Origin: Tubiluchus corallicola
Lineage: Eukaryota > Animalia > Priapulida
Assembly (NCBI GenBank): GCA_030141605.1
Contig: JAQGDQ010000034.1
Location: 496,001 to 560,000 of the forward strand
Length of the DNA: 64,000 bases
Direction of reading: 5' to 3'
Every line of letters begins with the position of its first letter. Position 1 is the stretch's first letter. A program made the translations under genes and the position numbers. Of this stretch, positions 58,801 to 64,000 are shown piece after piece. The notes under the pieces are model-generated. The model was not told the origin of the DNA. It saw only the letters and a list, made by a program, of their open reading frames with translations, and did no database searches.

Positions 58801-61004
58801 GTCGAAAAAATAGAGTGGAATCTAACATAGACATCGCTTATAAATACAGTGACGACTTCAGCATTGACTCTCAGAGTACAAGTTCTACCATGAGCACTGA
58901 CAATCACATAAAATCGATACCATTCCCCTTTTCACTCTGCACTGGGGACGTCTATGGCAGTCCAGTCATGATTTTGCCATGGTGGTTTGTGTATATCGCT
59001 TGGTTGTTAACTATTAGCGTTTCATTGATTTGTACTTATTTAGTCATGCTTTATGGTTTAAAATTTGGTTATCAGAAAAGTGTCGAATGGCTCTTGTCAA
59101 TGTTGGTGTCAGTTATGTCCAGCATTTGCTTAACTCAGCCAGCAAAAGTTCTAATAGAGGCTCTAGTGTTAACGTTGATATTTAACCATCCGCCTGAAAT
59201 AGAACCTGCAATGGCCGAATTACAGCTATTGCAAGTTGAAGAAAGTAACAGGCTGCAATCTGACTGGCTGGTTAAACATCGAATTATTACAGAGCGACGA
59301 TATAAATACAGACCTCCAAAGGAAAGTGATATTGCTGTTATCAGAGAAAAACTTTTACAAAAACAGAACTTCAATAAAATAATCAGCGAACTTCTCCTTT
59401 TTAGCTTTTTCGCTTTAATTTTATCAACCCTAGTTTTTAACTTTCGTGACAAAAGCTTTTTCTGGGTAACCAAAACTGTTAAGGATCTTGCGATTAATGG
59501 AGCTTACTATCAAGGAAATACAACGTTCGCTGCAATAACGGATGTTCCAGGTATATGGGACTATGTAAGTAACTCTTTGCTACCAAGTCTGACGGCAGGG
59601 AGTCTTTATAACGGGCAACCAGTACCATTTGTAGTCGCTGCTGATTTAGTTACGAGGTTAATAGGAGTTGTCCGATTTCGTCAGGTACGAGTGAAACCAG
59701 GCCAGTGTTCTGTGATTTCAATTTTTGAACCGTATGGTCGAAAGTGCACCGGTGAATACCATTGGCACCGAGAAGATACCACCTCCTACGGGCCTGGGTG
59801 GAGCTACAGTCGATATCCCCGCTATCCTCCTGATCACTGGACATTTCAGTCTAGTTTGTCATTGTGGACACCTGCATTCCCTGGTAGATTTCATTTATAC
59901 AGTGGAGGCGGTTATTTGGTGGAACTAAATCATTCTACTGCTGATAACAGAGTCATTATTGAATCACTGATCAACTCGAGGTGGATAGACGATCGCACTC
60001 GCGCTTTAATGATTGAACTTACTTTATTTAATTCTAACACAAATTTGTTTAGCATTGTTATTTTGATAGTAGAATTTACTGGTCTAGGTACAGTAACTCC
60101 ATTTTATAGCATCTCCACCATGGACATGGCAAAATATGCCACATTTTTAGATGTACGCGTCATGGTAACTGAAGGTATTTGTTTAATTATACTAATTATT
60201 TTCATATGTATGGAAGTTAAGAAGTTCAATGTAATTAAGTTTGAATATTTTCGTAACTATTGGAATTATGTGCTATTAACTATAATGATTTTGTCTGCTG
60301 TTCGTACAGTAGTTTTCTACAGAAGAACAATTGCAGTTAAAACACTTTTAGAGAAGAACTTTAAAGGGAAGCAGTCTAGTTTTGTTAACTTTTACGAGGT
60401 AGTAAGTTGGCATTACTTGTTTACAATAACATTGGGCACACTCGTCATCAGCGTAACAATTTATCTTTGGCACATGTTACTATTGAACAAAAGTATGTCA
60501 GTTTACTGGTTAACTTTATCACTATCCTTCCGACCTATGTTACATTTTTGGTTGCTAGTATTTATTTTTTTAGTACCGTTTGTACTGGTACTGACTACAT
60601 TGCTTTCCGCAAACATACAAGAAGATTTTAGCACGTATGCTAAAACTCTTCAAACTTTAATACGCATGATTTTCAGATCAGGTAAATTTTGTGCCTTGGA
60701 GACCTTACAGTGGGGACTGGGCTCACTGTTCGTTGTTATTTTCATATTGATATCAATAGTCATTTTGCTTTGCATGTTAAGAACAATATTAATGCTATCG
60801 CATCGAATTGCAGTGCAACGTTGGTTAAACACGAAAAATCATTATGATATTTTTTATCATTTCTATCATTATATCACTAAGAAAATGCCCTGTTTACAGC
60901 GAAAACAAGATGCCGCAAAAATATTACCAAGTCGAAGCATCTTTCGTTTCACGGGATTTCCTCTACATGATAGATATTCGATTGATGAGTCTAATTTCTG
61001 CTAA
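52857..61004 (+). CDS. Polycystin-1 family (PKD1-like/REJ) receptor-channel protein, single-exon CDS, 2715 aa
   Basis: Domains in order: signal peptide, WSC-like domain (YLGCY...CGC...C...CG), REJ module, Cys-rich insert, extra PLAT, GPS (CLYWN...W...GC...HCKCYHMTIF), TM1, canonical PLAT (YLIITFTGLRQGAGTTAKV...IWHDNSG), HLWASVF..P.RSSFTRVQRLSC, TOP/polycystin domain (RFRQVRV, YSGGGY, WIDDRTRAL) and channel TMs. Confidence 0.93.
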   Translation: MAKFWIALVLCFSSLPKLCLNTVTFYLGCYVRWADLDIPDIPSYMDVCADYCNENNSKYALMGKTCGCSRKYSTETSLAGNESYCATRCNTRNLNKNYVCGRKTHWSVYVVGDRCPNRTMTGINCKQNKVEGLTIVTNKLNTSFTRSYYRVIIYAEQLSSDVTFVLNLGRDKSHALNYSHFFPANLIHNYPEKYDLQLVSNLLNGSIRGFFYQCDYGFTKGSHKINITGSLWKHNNIWSALDTVNVVVLCNVDVIIINAGYNKDNPTKFKEAEAFNLTTSVTVPNCSINYSMSLVWHFSLVPESDMDSCLKGSQLANETTLETDSDKFITVDTGILAPGTYTVSLTPTFTLTQSGLNSKSYKPTSTLGWIIISSKLEPIIAGEFLRNISWKDNLTMDASASYDACVATNGVDTNLTYKWSCYIALDMFSYSFTTGIGCIERNTTALSFNKPTFTISAKTFPQDSVLVFTLELGKPNRPSEIKQQVVKVIPAGAEIIQINCLKNCRRSVNKAESLILQSVCVSCNNDTLSTGIYYWTLRARSLLNDGSTLLNITAFAIVSKGTDVIVLKKDVFTPGHVYLIEVKGGPAISIPGTAFYEVFVYEPPPFKTACSVIPSEGIALKTKFSLQCDNSSFVSTFFTYDFYYRNFAGKTEMKGSKGDFLYSSTEPILPPITLPAGEGKILLQATNIRKETFLVEYNVTVLPFLCNETDKVSEVECKTYILNVLKNLTSLTSMKNETDILDFIQTLKVIMEEVSKIRKQNETEDPEFVQKVTEMKSEIQTLVANQLIQVPVSTHKVMKFLSSMMSQVITSDADLNPEIIVPITAKFHDIATFMKQSAEDINVNDLEDTTSALLLAVSIILGEITKRTSKSNDEKFKQLSKRELQNTFPHKRENVTQVKNIILKSIDTIQNAASATLRHKIVYDEPTTFTTNLLTLRVARQKISHLGGSELQLNGFGHFQLPSAAALSKMQEHEDELELEILSIKQNIFTPFESTLHSSIPIASLSIGRQLRHSRTEFDELSEPLEFFMDVAADAKYSKSSFVKLENHLFNKYITVHSFVLTAHTTAIMSFQDMPVGVALKVVTKKGKRPVIENFNDGSTVFHIPAINGGYYSRQFADNIVSFHNEQNVSIKYFIGILFDSYYEPSCFHPSLRCKSENVECMAGIYSDCDGSLHEATCKVNASSICSVDNCMQKYACYNDWVENCKNISRYCDSQHRQCLSVLDYKCSKHNVKCSHDCSTSLEIETCLQICTKKHQRCRQSSQSKCETVKSCVRNSDSACIDTLLVETKAQHCRYMMLKCDEQSAGECDTNFISCNATCYQCLPKCDAEVTQNCVKACKNLRTSCYSMANQVCRQYVIKNNDNCANIPWKTNEEQNEAATPAFQEPDLTYFAFLHTADIKDSGTKARVYLRLHGNRRITNELLLSKRTFKRATVEKFTIESKSIGKLEKITVWHNNQGIGAGWLLEKIVVKDEQLEFTCPCMTWLAGSPLENEKIFSCYVVANLTPTVNPPIQRVDFNLSFYSVKCLYWNISLYNWLDGGCFVGPLTTPSRIHCKCYHMTIFTGAIVVKPNQIDPFEDVVLFATFFDNPVIIVFMVVVWLLYLTLLIYARKNDQKDTTRVGVTVLEDNNPIDKYTYLIITFTGLRQGAGTTAKVTFLIEGKNGNSLPIKLYHKDRSTFDSGADDWFLMTTHQCLGEITAIEIWHDNSGYDPNWFLKLVILKDVQTNAVWCFPYNNWLAIDRGPQTVKCRLFPAFKHELVRFTHIFAYRALRGFRDGHLWASVFYRPPRSSFTRVQRLSCALSLMLTAMLSNIMFYGIATNKPETQIIIGDIQLSWTQIYIGVASVLLTFPINILIVQMFRYTKPYQGKSVKHFSFGWCFKRNRDYTGTQSLSESDFTRKREQTAKENVILFKSENDWLKWINNTRQIEFETLKEIQQNILEARRIIEILPKRVPALDQNRRSTRKSVISLKRNPYIYSTHISRKNRVESNIDIAYKYSDDFSIDSQSTSSTMSTDNHIKSIPFPFSLCTGDVYGSPVMILPWWFVYIAWLLTISVSLICTYLVMLYGLKFGYQKSVEWLLSMLVSVMSSICLTQPAKVLIEALVLTLIFNHPPEIEPAMAELQLLQVEESNRLQSDWLVKHRIITERRYKYRPPKESDIAVIREKLLQKQNFNKIISELLLFSFFALILSTLVFNFRDKSFFWVTKTVKDLAINGAYYQGNTTFAAITDVPGIWDYVSNSLLPSLTAGSLYNGQPVPFVVAADLVTRLIGVVRFRQVRVKPGQCSVISIFEPYGRKCTGEYHWHREDTTSYGPGWSYSRYPRYPPDHWTFQSSLSLWTPAFPGRFHLYSGGGYLVELNHSTADNRVIIESLINSRWIDDRTRALMIELTLFNSNTNLFSIVILIVEFTGLGTVTPFYSISTMDMAKYATFLDVRVMVTEGICLIILIIFICMEVKKFNVIKFEYFRNYWNYVLLTIMILSAVRTVVFYRRTIAVKTLLEKNFKGKQSSFVNFYEVVSWHYLFTITLGTLVISVTIYLWHMLLLNKSMSVYWLTLSLSFRPMLHFWLLVFIFLVPFVLVLTTLLSANIQEDFSTYAKTLQTLIRMIFRSGKFCALETLQWGLGSLFVVIFILISIVILLCMLRTILMLSHRIAVQRWLNTKNHYDIFYHFYHYITKKMPCLQRKQDAAKILPSRSIFRFTGFPLHDRYSIDESNFC

Positions 61005-62426
61005 ATTTTAATGGCATTATATTTTGATGACTGTTTCATTATATTTGTTTTTGGAAGGGGGAGTACATAGTTTTCGACTGAATATCTTGTGTAATGATAA
61101 TGTTGTTTCAATGCGTTTCAACACCACTTTTTCTCTGTTCAAAGAACTCTCAAAATCGCTCTTAAATTACCACAACGAATTTTTTAGTACATGATATGGT
61201 ACTAAGACAAAAACAAAAGGGCATTTCCTGGAAGTTGTTTGTCTTCCAAGAAGTCTACAAATAACACCCACCAAAGACTCGCAAATGCTTTCTGGTGGTT
61301 CAGAAGTGACTGCATATTGTACGCCGTACAAATTTTGCGCTAGTCTATAAATGTAGTAATCATAATGTGAATTGCTTTCTTCGTTGCAATACAAATGACG
61401 AAATCGAAATATGCCTTCAGATGAAAAAACATCAACACTGTTGTCAAGTCAAAATTCTCAGTTCAGGTGAGAGACAGTGACAAGATGTATTATGCATACT
61501 GACTTTGTAGACACGCTGAGTATTGAAACTGAGGTGCATTGTTGTAGAATTGTTTAGCCTTTATTTATAAAAAGTGCTTTCTTGTACTTTAAAACTGATG
61601 AGCATTCGACAGACGAGCGTGGTACAAGTTTTTCTTCGTGTAGTGCAATATTTTATCTGTGTCTGGTCTAATTGCCACACAGCAATTACGCTAAATTGTG
61701 TCATTAAAACGATGTGTTAAGATGATAGTAATAAGACGTCATAGATTAAATTTTTGTTAATTTTGTCATATAAATATATACCAGTAACACATTTGATAAA
61801 TTAGTTCCTAGAATCTTTTTTGTAAACTATTTTAGTAGAATTTGTCATTATTAGACATTTCACACAATATATACAATGATAAATACATGACATAACCACA
61901 ATAATACCTTTTAGTAAAGAGGCAAGACAACAAAAATTATAAAACTTTACTACACCATTGTGGTAAAGAGTTTTTCTAGGCCTTAAGACATATACTTACT
62001 TGACAGCATCATGACCAGTGTCGTTTATATAGGCTATAATGGAAGTTTAAAGTTATACAACTTTTAATCATAAAGAATTGCGTTATGTTAGCAAATTAAT
62101 ATATGATGTTATGCTACTTATGAGATGACAGTAATAATGATGCTAATCGCAACTGACTTTAAGCTACCATAACTATGATCGCATTGCTTTGATTTAATAC
62201 ATATTAGATAAGTTATATTGCATGAACGATGTTTTCAGGAGCGTTGCTTACATACAAATTATTATTTGCAGAACAAGCAAATTATGATTTACTTATTAGG
62301 CCCATTACACATATGATATATGAACTAGGCCTAGGTGCTTTATAGGCCAGTTATCAGGTTAAATTTCTACCACCAATTCACACTCGTGAGAAACTATGCA
62401 AAACGCACGTTTCTATGTTGCAGGCC

Positions 62427-62669
62427 TTAGTGGTATCCACCACCACCACTGCTGTATTTGCCGTAGCTTTGATAAGTATAATAAGTAGGTGTATGGAACA
62501 CGTAAAGATCAGTGTATGTGGAATCGTACAAGTCTTCATACGGGATAGTATGTCGCTGGAAGTAAACGTATGATCTGTGGCTGGGATTACTCTTCTGAAT
62601 GTATCCATACTAAGCACTGGGTCGGTATCCGTAGCCACCGCCATGCTGAGCATGCGTAAAGACAACAAC
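62427..62669 (-). pseudogene. Terminal exon of a small secreted Tyr/Gly/His-rich structural-type protein with an in-frame TAG
   Basis: Acceptor ttttgcgtttcag|, then VVVFTHAQHGGGYGYRPSA*YGYIQKSNPSHRSYVYFQRHTIPYEDLYDSTYTDLYVFHTPTYYTYQSYGKYSSGGGGYH* (16 Tyr in 79 residues). Confidence 0.5.
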
Positions 62670-62805
62670 CTGAAACGCAAAATCGAGATTAAAATTTTCC
62701 TTGATTAATTAGCATTTACGTCATAAACCTTAAGTTAAAAAATCGGTGTTCTTAAATGTGGTCTTAAAGTACAATTATACGCGTTTCTACTAGATTAATT
62801 ATACA

Positions 62806-63008
62806 CTAGCAAAGGTCCCGCAAAAATTTTGCGTATAAATACACGTATAATCAAAAATATGCGAACATCCTACATAGTCCTCAATTCGTCGTGGCCCTTT
62901 CGCGAATTCTAAATGTGCCTATTACACCCACCGCTAAACGGGCTATCTATGCATATCTAGCCTCGAATCTTATATATATATAACATACCAGTAGAATTAA
63001 TATATAGA
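62806..63008 (-). mobile_element. Non-autonomous Helitron, copy 3 (203-bp internally deleted form)
   Basis: Minus strand A|TCTATATATTAATTCTACTGG ... perfect hairpin cgcaaaa-t-ttttgcg, 9 nt, CTAG|T. It is inserted in an AT dinucleotide without a TSD and is homologous to copies 1 and 2. Confidence 0.9.
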
Positions 63009-63249
63009 TTCTGCATTACATTGGTGTAATAAATTGTTGTTTTCTACAATTACCTATGGCAATTTAAGCAACATTCTGTAGTTTTAATACAGTACAAGAA
63101 CTTGAAGACGCTGCTATAATAACATGGCTAGGACAATGAGAGTCTGTCAACAAGCTTGTGTTTTAAGGGCGTACCAGCTTGATAGTTCCATGCACGTTTC
63201 AATGCTTAATGACTGAAGTTTCTTTCAAGTCTGGGGTTTTTGCTTCCCC

Positions 63250-63365
63250 AATTGCATTAAATTTCTGCGAGTTCTAATTTCAATTGGTAGCTGTTTCCAA
63301 CTTTTGGGAGTAATGCTTAAAAATCCTAAATCAGCAGTTTCTTTCTATTAAAAAGCACTATACGT
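63250..63365 (+). repeat. Interspersed repeat shared with 31140-31260
   Basis: Direct sequence similarity to 31140-31260. Confidence 0.7.
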
Positions 63366-63800
63366 TCTGAATTCATTTGTTTTGCTAGCCCGTGTGTTGT
63401 TGTTGTTACATACACGAAAATGTAAACGATCAGCCAAGTAAGCTGGAGCCAATCTGTGTAACTGTTTGTAGGTGAAAAGGGTTTATTGCTACGTGTAAAG
63501 ATGCGACCCTATGACAGAAGCCGTTTAGCTTCTCAATAAAAGTATTTGACTATACCGAGAAATTTGTACAAGGAGTCCTATAATATATAATATATTATAG
63601 TAATTTATATATATTTCGAACAAATGATTTTTCTTTGTGTGTCAACAAAGTAGGCCTACAAAATTTGTAGTATATACTTTAATTTTAAATTCAGAAGTTT
63701 AAGTTAAGATGGCTTGTGGGATGCAGAGTGTGCAAGTGATTCTGCAGACACCACAAAATAATCCCTATCGTATGCTAGCTATCTAATGCAAGATAAAAAA

Positions 63801-64000
<200 letters not shown>

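Noticed and set aside
10316-61004. Prokaryotic, viral or horizontally transferred origin of the intronless genes
   Set aside because: The proteins are typical eukaryotic/animal families, flanked by spliceosomal acceptors and animal transposons, and interleaved with spliced genes.
61167-61450. 75-aa minus-strand ORF, or an extra polycystin C-terminal exon
   Set aside because: TTG start, an in-frame stop shortly upstream, no convincing splice sites or homology; probably 3' UTR.
61595-61630. Hammerhead ribozyme core (CTGATGA)
   Set aside because: No properly placed GAAA or stems here or at the other CTGANGA sites I checked (about 20912, 36122, 52837).
62610-62612. TAG reassignment (alternative genetic code)
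   Set aside because: No in-frame TAG occurs in about 17 kb of conserved CDS, and AMPK gamma terminates at TAG.

Overview
AT-rich animal (most likely invertebrate) nuclear DNA with six protein-coding genes and many transposon remnants. Two small genes are conventionally spliced and largely invisible to the ORF track: a pitchfork/CIMAP3-like ciliary protein (+, 8 coding exons, 2178-9408, 251 aa) and FAIM (+, 4 coding exons, 30266-34875, 179 aa, one GC-AG intron). Four genes have their whole CDS in one exon: AMPK gamma (-), PEX14 (+), a 1904-aa LAR-family receptor tyrosine phosphatase (-) and a 2715-aa polycystin-1/REJ-family protein (+). Three of these four have a clear splice acceptor just upstream of the ATG; the polycystin has only a weak candidate. 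The main observation is this all-or-none, gene-by-gene loss of coding introns. Also notable: the polycystin has an extra extracellular PLAT domain and a 32-Cys insert before its GPS, and it is bracketed by co-oriented non-autonomous Helitrons. The window also holds LINE fragments with intact target-site duplications, a deleted Tc1/mariner element, MITEs, tandem repeats and a Tyr/Gly/His-rich exon with an in-frame TAG. All calls come from manual reading and recalled family motifs; no database search was run.
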